A stretch of DNA of 64,000 nucleotides from Myxococcota bacterium (GTDB lineage Bacteria > Myxococcota_A > SURF-8 > G963663525), in the NCBI GenBank assembly GCA_963676915.2, contig CAXXVK010000043.1:160001-224000 (forward strand), in the 5' to 3' direction. Shown piece by piece: positions 19,129 to 29,136 of the stretch. Position 1 is the first letter of the stretch. Each line of letters opens with the position of its first letter. Under the pieces are notes generated by a model. It made no database searches. It was not told the DNA's origin and saw only the letters and a list, made by a program, of their open reading frames with translations. The translations under genes were made by a program, and so were the position numbers.

Positions 19129-20484
19129 TCACTTTACGACGGATTGCAGATCCTTACCCATCGCCTTGAAAAACTCCAGCTTCGTCAACTGTTTTTCCAG
19201 GCGTTTCAGGACGAGATCGATTCGGTTGTTCTGATGAGTGTTGCGGGCGTCCACCACGTCCAGTGAGGAAACCGTACCGTTTTCGTAATAGGTTTCCGCA
19301 AGTTTCAAAGATTCTTCCGAAATGTCGGCTTTTTCCTCGGACATCCGCAGTCTGTCCACCGCTTCACGGTAATTTCTCTCGGTTTGACGCACTTCCAGCT
19401 CGGCGTTGTCCAGCGTTTCTTGCTGCGCCAGGCGAGCGCTTCGAGTCGCGGCGCGGGTTTGCTGCAAATCGCCGTAGGTTGTGTAGTCGAACAATGGAAT
19501 CGACAATACAAGCCCCGCATACCAACGCGAACGCTCGATGCCGCTGTTGCTCTCCGCCGGATCGGAGAGTTGGTAGTTCCATTGCCAGGATGCTCCCAGG
19601 GTTGGAACGAATTGCATGTAGTTTGCCAGATGCTGTTTTTCAGCTACCTCAAGATTGCGCTTGGCGATTTTCAGATCGAAACGATGTTCCTTGGCTCCGG
19701 CGAGAGTTTCTTCCTCCGAGGTTTCGGGGAACTTCTCCAGGGTTTCTCCTTCTTCGGGTAAAGGCAGCGTGTCCATGCACAACAGGGTTTTTAGGGTGTC
19801 TCGGGCATTTTCGAGACTGTAATGCGCCTGGATCAGACTATCTCTCGTTGCCACGAATTCGCTTTGGTAGCGGGTGACATCCAGCCGTGTTCCCACCCCG
19901 TGTCGATGGCGAAAATCGGCCATTTCCATGTGGTGCCGGATCGCCTCTAGCTGACTTTCGTACACCTTGATCGTCGAGCGTGCCGAAATCGCCTGATAAA
20001 AGGCGGAAGCCACGGTAAAAAGCAGTTCCTGACGGACTTGCTCGGCATTCAGGCGAGACAATTCAAGGCTTTTCTTCGAAGAGGAAACTCCCACCCATTG
20101 TTGAGCGCTGACCAATGGAAGATTCGCCGAAATTGCGGCATCAAGATCGTGGCGGGCACGGGTTTCTATGGATTGCCCGTTGACGACGCTCGACTCGGCG
20201 TGATCGTAGAGAATATAGTTCAGTGAGCCGTCCACGGTGGGCAGCAAGCCACCCCATGAGGTCTTCAGTCGTCCTCTCGCCGCTTCGATTTCCGCCCGGC
20301 TCTGCTGGATGGTCAGGTTCCGTTGTTTGGCCAACTCGAAAGCTTGCGGGAGCGTAAGCGACTCGCCTGGAGCGATGGCCGGAACGGCTACGGATGTCAG
20401 GGAGCGCGCTTCGACCGAAATCGGGAGTGTCAAACATGCGAAAAATGCAACAAAAACGAGCCGTTTCATATTGATAAGATTCAT
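19129..20484 (-). CDS. TolC-family outer membrane efflux protein
   Basis: Signal peptide, two OEP-like helical repeats (LSIPLFD, YENGTVSSLDVVDA); overlaps the RND gene by 4 nt. Confidence 0.9.
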   Translation of the reverse strand: MNLINMKRLVFVAFFACLTLPISVEARSLTSVAVPAIAPGESLTLPQAFELAKQRNLTIQQSRAEIEAARGRLKTSWGGLLPTVDGSLNYILYDHAESSVVNGQSIETRARHDLDAAISANLPLVSAQQWVGVSSSKKSLELSRLNAEQVRQELLFTVASAFYQAISARSTIKVYESQLEAIRHHMEMADFRHRHGVGTRLDVTRYQSEFVATRDSLIQAHYSLENARDTLKTLLCMDTLPLPEEGETLEKFPETSEEETLAGAKEHRFDLKIAKRNLEVAEKQHLANYMQFVPTLGASWQWNYQLSDPAESNSGIERSRWYAGLVLSIPLFDYTTYGDLQQTRAATRSARLAQQETLDNAELEVRQTERNYREAVDRLRMSEEKADISEESLKLAETYYENGTVSSLDVVDARNTHQNNRIDLVLKRLEKQLTKLEFFKAMGKDLQSVVK

Positions 20485-23400
20485 CCCGCTACCTCCGTAG
20501 CTTCTTTTGCGGGTTGGGTTTCCGTTTCGTTACCGGATTTGAAAAACGCCCGAAGATGCTCGGTCATCACGAAAAGCGCCGGTGTCAGCAACAACACGAA
20601 GGTTGTCGCAACGACGATTCCGAAGCCCAGGCTTACCGCCATCGGAACGATCATACGTGCCGAGAAATCCGTTTCGAAGATCATCGGCATCAGACCGAAG
20701 AAGGTGGTTGCCGTCGTGAGGAAAATCGGCCGGAATCTTCGGCAGGCTGCGTCGATCGCCGCCCGTTCGGGTTCCAATCCCTCGTTTCGCAGGTTGTTGG
20801 CCGTATCGACGTATACAATGGAGTCGTTGACCACAACCCCGGCCAGAGCCAGCATACCCATGATGCTGAACATGCTCAAATCCATGCCCAGCAACACGTG
20901 TCCCAGCACCGATCCCACCATACCGAAGGGAATGGCGGACATCACCACGAACAGGGGTTGCAGGTAGCTTTTCAACGGAATGGCGATTAGGGCGAAAATC
21001 GCGAGCAGCGCCAGTGCGAACCCGAGTTTCATGTATTCGGCGAAATCCTGCATATCTTCCTGTCGGCCTCGGAACTGCCATTTCAATCCCGGATACTGAG
21101 CTTCAAGTGACGGCAGATAGGACGAGAAAAGTTCTCCTACGATTTCGTTGGCGTTGGCCTGGTTTTCATCCACGGCCGCTTGAATCTGCAAGGTCCGTTT
21201 GGCGTCGGTGCGTCGGATGGAAGTATAGGCCCGGCCGAAATCGATTTTCGCCACATCCTGCAACGGCATTTCGCCACCGCTTGGAGTGCGGATCATCAGG
21301 TTTTCCACGCTTTGCAGATTTTCCCGTTCTTCGCGGGTCAGGCGTACCATGACTTTGACTTCGTTGCGTCCCCGTTGTTGGCGCAGGGCTTCGGAACCAT
21401 AGAATCTGGCGCGAACCTGACGAGCCAACTCGGCAGCCGTCAAACCGGCGTTCACGCCCTCGGGAGTCAGCTTGAAACTCCATTGAGTTTTGCCCAATTC
21501 GATACCGTTGTCAATGTCGTGCACACCGGAAAAGGACTCCAACTGCTCGCCGACTTTTTGGGCGCATAGCTGAAGAATCTCGTTGTCCGGGTGCGATAGT
21601 TCGAAGTCGATGGCTTTGCGTGTTCCGTGCATGGTGGCACTGAAAACGATGGTGTCCAGCATATCGGTGGGACCGAATTCTTCGCGCCAGGCGCGGGCGA
21701 ATTGTGCTGAACTGAACGTGCGTTCGTCCGGAGATACCAGCATGATTTCCACCGAGGTCAGATTGCTCGAGGAGGCACCGACGCTACCGCGTGGTCCTCT
21801 ACTTGCCCCTTGCCCGAGTCGAGCGAAGATTCCGAGGGTGATTTTATCGCCACCGAAAGCCGCAATCGCACGTTTTCCCGACTCGACCAGACGGCGCATG
21901 ACGCGCTCGGTTTCCGTAGAGGACACGCCGAAAGGCAATGTAGCCGAAACCTGGACGCGGTCGGTGTCGTCTTTGGGAAAGTCGATGTACTTGATGCGTC
22001 CGCCTGCAACGATACCCGCTACGACGATCAACAAGCTCAGACTTGCCGCCAGAGTAATCCAGCGGTTTCGTACCGTCGCCGTGACGACAGGTCGAAAGCG
22101 GGTTTCGATAAAGCGGGTCATCGCATCCGAAAACGCCTTCTGGAAGCGTAATACCGCACCGAAAAGGTTCTGAGAACGGCCGTTTTTCTTTACGTGAGCC
22201 AGGTGTGCCGGGAGGATGAAAAACGATTCGACGAGCGAAATGATGAGCACGAAAATCACGATGACCGGTACGGCGAACACGATCTTGCCGAACGTTCCGG
22301 GAACCATCAGCAGCGGGAAAAATGCGGCAACGGTCGTTCCGATGGAGAAAAACACCGGCATCGCCATTTCTTTCACGCCCAGAATCGCCGCCTCGATCGG
22401 CGGATGTCCTTCGTTTCGCTTGTGAAAAACGTTTTCACCGACGACGATAGCGTCATCCACCACCATACCGAGCGTAACGAGGAAGGCGAACATGCTGATC
22501 ATGTTCAGTGAAACACCCAAGGCCGGTAAAAACAGAAACGAGCCTAAAAATGAGACGGGAATTCCTAAACTGACCCAGAACGCCAAACGGGGTTCGAGAA
22601 AGAGTCCCAAAATGAGCAACACCAGTGCCAGTCCGATGGCGGCATTGCGTAACAGCAGATCTAGACGTTCCTCGAACATTTTGGAGCGGTCGTTCCAGGT
22701 TGTTACTTTGATCTTGTCGGGAAGTTTCTGTCGCAATGTTTCGGCATAGCCTTTGACCGCTTCGGCAACCTGGGTCGGCGATTGTTCACCCACGCTGGAA
22801 ACGTCCAGAACCAAAGCCCGTTCGCCATTGAAAAAGCCCGCAATATCGCTTTCTTCGAAATCGTCGTTGATTGTGGCGATGTCTCCTAGCGGCACCTGAG
22901 CGCCATCGTTCCCGAAAACGATTGGAATGTTGGCGAATTCATAGCCGTAATCCCGGCGTTCCTGCACGCGCAGGAGAATATCACCGGCGCCGCTTTTCAC
23001 GCCGCCGCCGGGAGTTTCCACCGCCATATTCTTGATTTGCTGGGCGATTCCGTCGAGTGTGACGTTGTATTTCCGTAAAGCATCCTGCGTCAGTTCGATT
23101 CCGATTTCTTCACTACGTACGCCTTTGATTTCGACTCGCGAAACTTCAGATAACCCCAACAGACCCTCGCGGATTCTCTCGCCGTAGGCATGCAGGGTTT
23201 GTTCGTCCACATCTCCGTATACGACAAGACTGATGGCTTCCGCCGTCATTTCACGCATGGAAACGATGGGGTTTTCGATTCCATCGGGAAACGAGCTGAT
23301 GCGATCCACCGCGCTTTGTACGTCATTTAAGGCTTTGTTGCGGTTCGTGCCCTCTTCGAGTTCGACCGTGATCGAACCGGAACCTTCCGAGGCGACCGAA

Positions 23401-23663
23401 TACACCTTTTTTACACCGTCGAGTGGTCGCACCGCTTCTTCAACCGACAGCAGCAGTCCGCGTTCGATTTCCTCGGGGCTGGAGCCGGGATAGGCGATGC
23501 TGATGCTCACCTGATCCATTTCGATTTTCGGAAAGACTTCCTTGTTGATTCGCTGGCTCATCAGCACACCGCCGACGAGCAACATCACCATCAGCAGGTT
23601 GGCTGCTACCGGGTTTCTGGCCATCCAGGAGAACGACCCCTTGTACAAATCCGAGCGTTTCAT
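20481..23663 (-). CDS. RND efflux transporter permease (AcrB/AcrD/AcrF family)
   Basis: 1060 aa; NPVAANLLM, YPGSSPEEIE, GMVVDDAIVVGEN, GVVVNDSIV, RFRPIFLTTATT. Confidence 0.95.
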   Translation of the reverse strand: MKRSDLYKGSFSWMARNPVAANLLMVMLLVGGVLMSQRINKEVFPKIEMDQVSISIAYPGSSPEEIERGLLLSVEEAVRPLDGVKKVYSVASEGSGSITVELEEGTNRNKALNDVQSAVDRISSFPDGIENPIVSMREMTAEAISLVVYGDVDEQTLHAYGERIREGLLGLSEVSRVEIKGVRSEEIGIELTQDALRKYNVTLDGIAQQIKNMAVETPGGGVKSGAGDILLRVQERRDYGYEFANIPIVFGNDGAQVPLGDIATINDDFEESDIAGFFNGERALVLDVSSVGEQSPTQVAEAVKGYAETLRQKLPDKIKVTTWNDRSKMFEERLDLLLRNAAIGLALVLLILGLFLEPRLAFWVSLGIPVSFLGSFLFLPALGVSLNMISMFAFLVTLGMVVDDAIVVGENVFHKRNEGHPPIEAAILGVKEMAMPVFFSIGTTVAAFFPLLMVPGTFGKIVFAVPVIVIFVLIISLVESFFILPAHLAHVKKNGRSQNLFGAVLRFQKAFSDAMTRFIETRFRPVVTATVRNRWITLAASLSLLIVVAGIVAGGRIKYIDFPKDDTDRVQVSATLPFGVSSTETERVMRRLVESGKRAIAAFGGDKITLGIFARLGQGASRGPRGSVGASSSNLTSVEIMLVSPDERTFSSAQFARAWREEFGPTDMLDTIVFSATMHGTRKAIDFELSHPDNEILQLCAQKVGEQLESFSGVHDIDNGIELGKTQWSFKLTPEGVNAGLTAAELARQVRARFYGSEALRQQRGRNEVKVMVRLTREERENLQSVENLMIRTPSGGEMPLQDVAKIDFGRAYTSIRRTDAKRTLQIQAAVDENQANANEIVGELFSSYLPSLEAQYPGLKWQFRGRQEDMQDFAEYMKLGFALALLAIFALIAIPLKSYLQPLFVVMSAIPFGMVGSVLGHVLLGMDLSMFSIMGMLALAGVVVNDSIVYVDTANNLRNEGLEPERAAIDAACRRFRPIFLTTATTFFGLMPMIFETDFSARMIVPMAVSLGFGIVVATTFVLLLTPALFVMTEHLRAFFKSGNETETQPAKEATEVAG

Positions 23664-24940
23664 GGATGGACCTCGGCCTTGTCGTCGGTTTTGTCGCTAG
23701 CTGCTTTTCGTCTTGGCTTGTAACCTTTTTGCTGGTCGGATTCCGTTTCCATATTTTCGGCCAGACGCAATTCCATTCCGGCAACGGGAATCTGTATCCG
23801 GCTGGTGATAACCGCCGCTCCATCGCTCAGGTTTCCTCGCACGATCGTTCGGTCCGCTTCGCGCCACAACAATTGCACGTTGGCGATATCAAGGCGGCTC
23901 TGGTCGTCGAGCAGCCAGACCTTTTTTTCTTCGTGCAAAGCCCCTTCGGGAAGGGCGATGGCATCGGGTAGCTGTTTTCCCAATAATTCGACTCGCACGT
24001 AAGCCCCCAACATCAAAGGTAATTGACTTTTACCTTTCGTGTCGTCTTTACCGGATGATTTCAGATAATGTGGATCTTCGACGCGTACGAGAAGCTGGGC
24101 GGTTTTTCCGCTGGTGTCCAGTTCAGCCAGAAGTTTGATGACCTGTCCGTCGAAAACTTGTTCTTCTTCGCCAAAATGATACAGAATCCGCGCTTTCGAG
24201 CCGTTCTTGCCGCTGTCGTCGGGTAAGTCGAGCCAGCGAAGTTTTTCGAGCGGAACGGACACCTGCACCCAGAAGGCGTCGCTATCGACCAGGGTGGCGA
24301 TCAATGTCTGAGAAGACACCACTTGACCGGTATCCACGTTCTCCGCGATTACAAAAGCATTGAAAGGGGCACGGATACGGGTTCGAGACAAATCCAATTG
24401 GGCTTTTTCGAGGCTGCTTTGTGCCGATGACAGCGCCGCCTTGGCGCTTTGCAACTGAATCTCACGGGTTGCAAGGCGCTTGGCTTGCTCGGTCGGCTCC
24501 ACATTGTGCTCGATCAATTCCCATTCGCGCTTCGCCGCCGAGTGATTCGCTTCTTCCTGCGCCAAGGCAAGTTCGGCCTGCGCCACGGTTCCTTCCTGGG
24601 AACGGACCTGCAAGCGGTAGTCGCTTGTATCGATACGTAGCAAGGTGTCGTCTTTTTTGAGGTGTCCGCCGGGGATCAGACGGTCCGACATCGAGGTTAC
24701 GCGCCCACTGACCTGCGGATACACATCCACGCGACGAGCGGCTTTGACGGTGCCCATCGTTTGAACCACTGCTTGGATGGTTTCCTGACGTACGGAAATC
24801 GTTTCGACCGTCATGGCCTTTTGAGCGGCGTGAACGCGTGAGGGCGCTTTTCGAGTTCCGACAAAGTAGGAAAAAATCACCGCTCCCCCGCCTAGCAAAA
24901 CGAGAATCGCGAGAATGGTTTTATAGGGTTTCGGTTTCAT
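23660..24940 (-). CDS. RND membrane fusion protein (periplasmic adaptor)
   Basis: AAGGAGG RBS before ATG 24940; N-terminal TM; GTVKAARRVDVYPQVSG, LSRTRIRAPFNA. Confidence 0.92.
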   Translation of the reverse strand: MKPKPYKTILAILVLLGGGAVIFSYFVGTRKAPSRVHAAQKAMTVETISVRQETIQAVVQTMGTVKAARRVDVYPQVSGRVTSMSDRLIPGGHLKKDDTLLRIDTSDYRLQVRSQEGTVAQAELALAQEEANHSAAKREWELIEHNVEPTEQAKRLATREIQLQSAKAALSSAQSSLEKAQLDLSRTRIRAPFNAFVIAENVDTGQVVSSQTLIATLVDSDAFWVQVSVPLEKLRWLDLPDDSGKNGSKARILYHFGEEEQVFDGQVIKLLAELDTSGKTAQLLVRVEDPHYLKSSGKDDTKGKSQLPLMLGAYVRVELLGKQLPDAIALPEGALHEEKKVWLLDDQSRLDIANVQLLWREADRTIVRGNLSDGAAVITSRIQIPVAGMELRLAENMETESDQQKGYKPRRKAASDKTDDKAEVHP

Positions 24941-25063
24941 TTCTAGTGCCTCCTTACGAACGTAACCGTTTACGTCACCTACGGTATCAGACGTTTCTTT
25001 TTGGTTCAGCTTAGTTTCGGTAGCAGGTTTGTATCCAATATGGTCGATGTTTGCATACAAAGG

Positions 25064-25077
25064 TACAATTCGATACA
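25064..25077. promoter_or_regulatory. RstA-box-like direct repeat
   Basis: TACA-N6-TACA (TACAATTCGATACA), with an extra TACA at 25056, between the divergent RND and regulator genes. Confidence 0.45.
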
Positions 25078-25189
25078 AAAACGAAACGGAATTCGACGTT
25101 CGGTTGTGATTTAATAAAATTGATATGTGCGGATACATGGAGCCGGTGCCGTATTTTGGACGCGGGAGTTTTGTAGAAGGAAAAAACTC

Positions 25190-25915
25190 ATGATGCAAAA
25201 CGAACAGAAACGCATCCTGTTGGTGGAAGACGACGAGAAACTAGCCAACCTCGTCAAAGATTTTCTAGAATCCAACGGATTTTCGGTACTTATCGAAATG
25301 CGTGGAGACCAGGCCGCCGAACGGATCGAACGGGAAGAGCCGGATATTCTGATTCTGGACTGGATGCTTCCGGGAATGGACGGTCTCGCCATTTGTCGGC
25401 AGGTTCGTAACCGGTTCAACAAGCCCATTCTGATGCTCACCGCACGAGGAGACGAGGTGGATGAAATCGTCGGTCTGGAAGTAGGTGTTGACGACTATCT
25501 TGCCAAGCCGGTACGACCGCGATTGCTTTTGGCGCGAATTCATGCGCTTTTGCGTCGTTTTGATCCTTCCGATACAACTGGTACGACCTCTATGATAGAT
25601 CATGATGACAAAACCATCTGGCTCGGCAACTTAAGTGTCGATCCGAAAAACCGAAGAGTTTATATCAACGATAGAGAAATCCTGTTGACCACGAGTGAAT
25701 TCGATCTGTTGCTGTATTTGGCTCGTCATTCCGGCGAGTTGCTGGAGCGGGAGCGAATTTACCAGGACGTTCGGGGCATCGAATGGGATGGGTTGGACCG
25801 GTCCATCGATCTGCGTATCGCACGTTTGAGGAAAAAACTTGGAGATGACGCCCGCTCCCCCAAACGGATCAAATCCGTTCGTGGTACGGGATATCTGATG
25901 GTGGCCAATCCATGA
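25190..25915 (+). CDS. OmpR/PhoB-family response regulator (RstA-like)
   Basis: ILLVEDD, LDWMLPGMDG, LMLTARGDEVD, DDYLAKP; winged helix GIEWDGLDRSIDLRIARLRKKL. Confidence 0.95.
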   Translation: MMQNEQKRILLVEDDEKLANLVKDFLESNGFSVLIEMRGDQAAERIEREEPDILILDWMLPGMDGLAICRQVRNRFNKPILMLTARGDEVDEIVGLEVGVDDYLAKPVRPRLLLARIHALLRRFDPSDTTGTTSMIDHDDKTIWLGNLSVDPKNRRVYINDREILLTTSEFDLLLYLARHSGELLERERIYQDVRGIEWDGLDRSIDLRIARLRKKLGDDARSPKRIKSVRGTGYLMVANP

Positions 25916-27198
25916 CTCGCCTGTTATTACGAATCAGCATCATTATTCTAATCACGATCGGTTCGGCTTTTATGCTGATCGATTTCATTCTCAAACAGCG
26001 TTTTGAGCACGATTTCAATAAAACGCCACCGACACCCGTGCTGGTCATGGCGAAACTGATCAACGAACAGTTTAGCGAGTTGTCTACCGAGCAACTTCCC
26101 CGCGAAACCCGACGCCTGGCCGAACGTATGAAAGCGTCGATTAATCTCGTGCATAAAGACGATCCCTCGTTTCCGAAAAGCCTTCTAGGTCAGATCGGGG
26201 ATAAACCCGGGGATTTCTGGATGCATTTGAAAGATCATTCGATCTATTTACGACTGAAAGACGACTATTTCCTTCATTTCAAACGTACCGGAAAACGTCA
26301 CAGTACCAGCGAATTCACGATTGCGCTCGTGGTGCTGGCCATGCTGTTGATTACATTTATTTCAGCCTCTTTTCTTGCGTTGCCCATGGTGCGACGCATC
26401 GAGAAACTGCGCCTAGCGGCCCAGCGTATCAGCCGGGGAGAACTCAACGCCCGCGCCGAGCCTTCCGGTCCTTCGGACAGCATCGGTGACCTGGCTCGCT
26501 CGTTCAATCACATGGCGGCAACTAACGAACGCCTGATCGAAAGTCAGCGCCACTTGCTCGAAGCTGTAACGCACGAGTTGAGAACCCCGACCGCACGTAT
26601 ACGTTTCGGTCTGGAATTGATGCTCGATGCTTCGAGCGAACAAGAGCGGGAAAAGCGCCTTACGGACATCGACAATGACCTGACCGAGTTGGATGAACTG
26701 GTCAATGAACTGCTTTTGTATCATCGTTTCGAGGATGGCAAGCGAACCGTGGACCACCAACCGGTGGATGTTTCAGAGGTTATGGAAGGTCTGGTTCGGA
26801 GGCTGGCTCATTTGCGTCAGGAACTCAAGGTGGAGTTACGTATCGACGAATCACTCCCGGCGCTTTCTGCCGATGCCCGCTCTTTCAGTCGGGCGATGCA
26901 AAACCTTCTGGCTAATGCCATGAAATATGCATCTTCTCGTGTGATCGTTGAGGCCAAAGCGACTTCGGATCAACTGGTTATCGACATCATGGACGACGGA
27001 CCCGGTATCCCCGAGAACATGCGGGAAGAGATTTTCCTGCCGTTCAAGCGCGTCGATCCCAGTCGAAGCAAGAGCACGGGTGGCGTCGGGTTGGGGTTGG
27101 CAATTGTCAAACGGATCATCGATCATCACGAAGCGTTCATCGAAATTCGCGACACTCCCGGCGGTGGGGCGAATCTTCATACCCGCTGGCCGTTATAA
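25912..27198 (+). CDS. HAMP-domain sensor histidine kinase (RstB-like)
   Basis: Two TM, HAMP, H-box THELRTP, N-box NLLANAMKY, DDGPGI, GGVGLGLAIV. Confidence 0.95.
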   Translation: MTRLLLRISIIILITIGSAFMLIDFILKQRFEHDFNKTPPTPVLVMAKLINEQFSELSTEQLPRETRRLAERMKASINLVHKDDPSFPKSLLGQIGDKPGDFWMHLKDHSIYLRLKDDYFLHFKRTGKRHSTSEFTIALVVLAMLLITFISASFLALPMVRRIEKLRLAAQRISRGELNARAEPSGPSDSIGDLARSFNHMAATNERLIESQRHLLEAVTHELRTPTARIRFGLELMLDASSEQEREKRLTDIDNDLTELDELVNELLLYHRFEDGKRTVDHQPVDVSEVMEGLVRRLAHLRQELKVELRIDESLPALSADARSFSRAMQNLLANAMKYASSRVIVEAKATSDQLVIDIMDDGPGIPENMREEIFLPFKRVDPSRSKSTGGVGLGLAIVKRIIDHHEAFIEIRDTPGGGANLHTRWPL

Positions 27199-27218
27199 AC
27201 CTCTGTTTTTCCAAAGAT

Positions 27219-27258
27219 AAGCGCACCTTCGGATTCTGATGGAGGTGTGCTTTTTTTT
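27219..27258 (+). terminator. Rho-independent terminator
   Basis: GCGCACCTTC...GGAGGTGTGC stem followed by T8. Confidence 0.6.
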
Positions 27259-27417
27259 GCCGATCTTTCTTGCTCATCGCAATAGATTGATCTAATCTCC
27301 GTTTCGGAGAGAGTTTCTCACAAATCGCATGTTCGTTTCGAGTTGTTGGATTCGTTTATCCAAAAATCTGCTCGAATTCGGGCATTGTTGTGTACCCCGA
27401 AACACGAGGAGTCCGCG

Positions 27418-29067
27418 ATGCGTAATCCACGAGGCAGGGACGATTCCATGCGCCGATCCACGTCCCAATCAAGGCGCAATTTCATCAAAAACGCCGTGTC
27501 GGCATCGGCTGTCTTGGGGGCAGCCGCCGTAGTTTCCGGCTGCAACAGTGAAGACTGTGGCGAAACCTGCAACACCGACGATTCCGGGTCCACGGGCAAA
27601 AAACTCAGTTGGGACCGCGAGACGGATGTCATCGTTGTAGGTTCGGGAACGGGACTCGCCTCTGCTCTCGCCTCTTCTGTCTCCGGTTCGGAAACGTTGG
27701 TGCTCGAAAAATGGGAGAGCATCGGTGGTTCGACGAAAATGTCCGGTGGTGTGTTGTGGATTCCCAACAATCCCGTGATGAAACGTAACGGAATCGACGA
27801 TTCCCGTGAAAACGCGATGACCTACGTCACGATGGTGGCCCACGGGCAAGCGGAGGACGAAATCATCGAGGCTTTCGTGGACAGAGGGCCGGAGATGGTG
27901 GAGTTTATCGAGCAACACGCCGATTTCAACTGGCGCAGTTCGGTATTGTTGACCGACTATCACCCCGAATGGCCCGGTTCGGTTTTCCAGGGTCGTAATT
28001 TGGAGCCGGATCTGTCGGGTACCTCGATCACGCTGGGTCCGAAACTCGTGCAGGGGCTGGCGGATGCCGTCGAAAAGGCCGGGGGAGAGATTCTGTTGGA
28101 AACCCCGGTGAAACGACTCGTGACACAACTCAAAGACGATGGAACCCAGGAAGTGCTTGGTGTTGTCGCCGAGCAGGAAGGCAGTGAAATCGCGATCAAA
28201 GCCCGGCAGGGCGTCGTACTGGCTGCGGGTGGTTATGACTGGAATTTCGAGATGAAAAAGCATTTTTTGCGGGGTCCGTCGAAATATACCATCGGTCATC
28301 CGGGCAATACTGGTGACGGTATCCAAATGGCGATGCTGGCCGGAGCGGGTTTGAGCAATATGAACGAATGTTGGGGCGCTGTAGTCTATAAAGATGAGAC
28401 CGAGGCAGCCCACGAAAACGGCGATCCCGGCGTGTTGACCGCCATGACTCAGCGCCGTATGTGCGGCTGTATTACCGTCAATCGCTACGGCAAACGTTTC
28501 GGAAACGAAGCGGGGGATTACGACTCTTCCTGGCGCTCGTTTTTTTCGTGGGAAAACTGGGGAGATACCTTCGACCACAACCTTCCCGCTTACCAGATTT
28601 CAGACAAAAGCGTGGAACCCAGTGCGGAACGGGGAATCGTAGAAGCCGACACGATTCGGGAACTCGCCGAAAAACTGGGGATCGACCCGGATGGTCTGGA
28701 AGCTACGGTAGAGGAATTCAACCAGTGTTGCGAGAACGAGCAAGACCCGCAATTCCATCGTGGTGAAAGCGCGTACGATACCCATTATGGGAAAACGCTG
28801 GGCACCATCGAAGATCCGCCGTTTTACGGGATCGAAGTCGCCCCGGCGGATCTTGGAACCTGCGGTGGGGCGCGTGTCAATGCCAACGCACAGGTGCTTA
28901 ATCCCATGGGTGAACCGATTGCGCGGTTGTATGCGGCGGGTAACAACGCCGGGGTTGGTGGTCCGGGTGCTGGCTACGGCGGTGGGGGCGGGACCATCGG
29001 TCCGGGGCTGACGTTCGCACACATCGCCGGTTTGCATGTGGCGGGGTTGGAGAAACAAGAAGAATAG
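27418..29067 (+). CDS. Tat-exported FAD-dependent oxidoreductase (3-ketosteroid-delta1-dehydrogenase/fumarate reductase flavoprotein family)
   Basis: SRRNFIK Tat motif plus VSGC lipobox; DVIVVGSG, GGSTKMSGGVLWIPNN, DYHPEWPG, NTGDGI, LYAAGN, YGGGGGTIGPGL. Confidence 0.85.
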   Translation: MRNPRGRDDSMRRSTSQSRRNFIKNAVSASAVLGAAAVVSGCNSEDCGETCNTDDSGSTGKKLSWDRETDVIVVGSGTGLASALASSVSGSETLVLEKWESIGGSTKMSGGVLWIPNNPVMKRNGIDDSRENAMTYVTMVAHGQAEDEIIEAFVDRGPEMVEFIEQHADFNWRSSVLLTDYHPEWPGSVFQGRNLEPDLSGTSITLGPKLVQGLADAVEKAGGEILLETPVKRLVTQLKDDGTQEVLGVVAEQEGSEIAIKARQGVVLAAGGYDWNFEMKKHFLRGPSKYTIGHPGNTGDGIQMAMLAGAGLSNMNECWGAVVYKDETEAAHENGDPGVLTAMTQRRMCGCITVNRYGKRFGNEAGDYDSSWRSFFSWENWGDTFDHNLPAYQISDKSVEPSAERGIVEADTIRELAEKLGIDPDGLEATVEEFNQCCENEQDPQFHRGESAYDTHYGKTLGTIEDPPFYGIEVAPADLGTCGGARVNANAQVLNPMGEPIARLYAAGNNAGVGGPGAGYGGGGGTIGPGLTFAHIAGLHVAGLEKQEE

Positions 29068-29084
29068 CCGGATCGGGTATATAT

Positions 29085-29118
29085 AAAAAAGGATACGGAG
29101 AGTCCGTATCCTTTTTTT
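29085..29118. terminator. Bidirectional terminator between convergent genes
   Basis: AAAAAAGGATACGGA-GAG-TCCGTATCCTTTTTTT. Confidence 0.85.
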
Positions 29119-29136
29119 ATGCCTGTATTTTTCACG

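Noticed and set aside
24941-25198. N-terminal extensions of the MFP and response-regulator ORFs
   Set aside because: They overlap each other across the divergent promoter region; RBS-supported starts are 24940 and 25190
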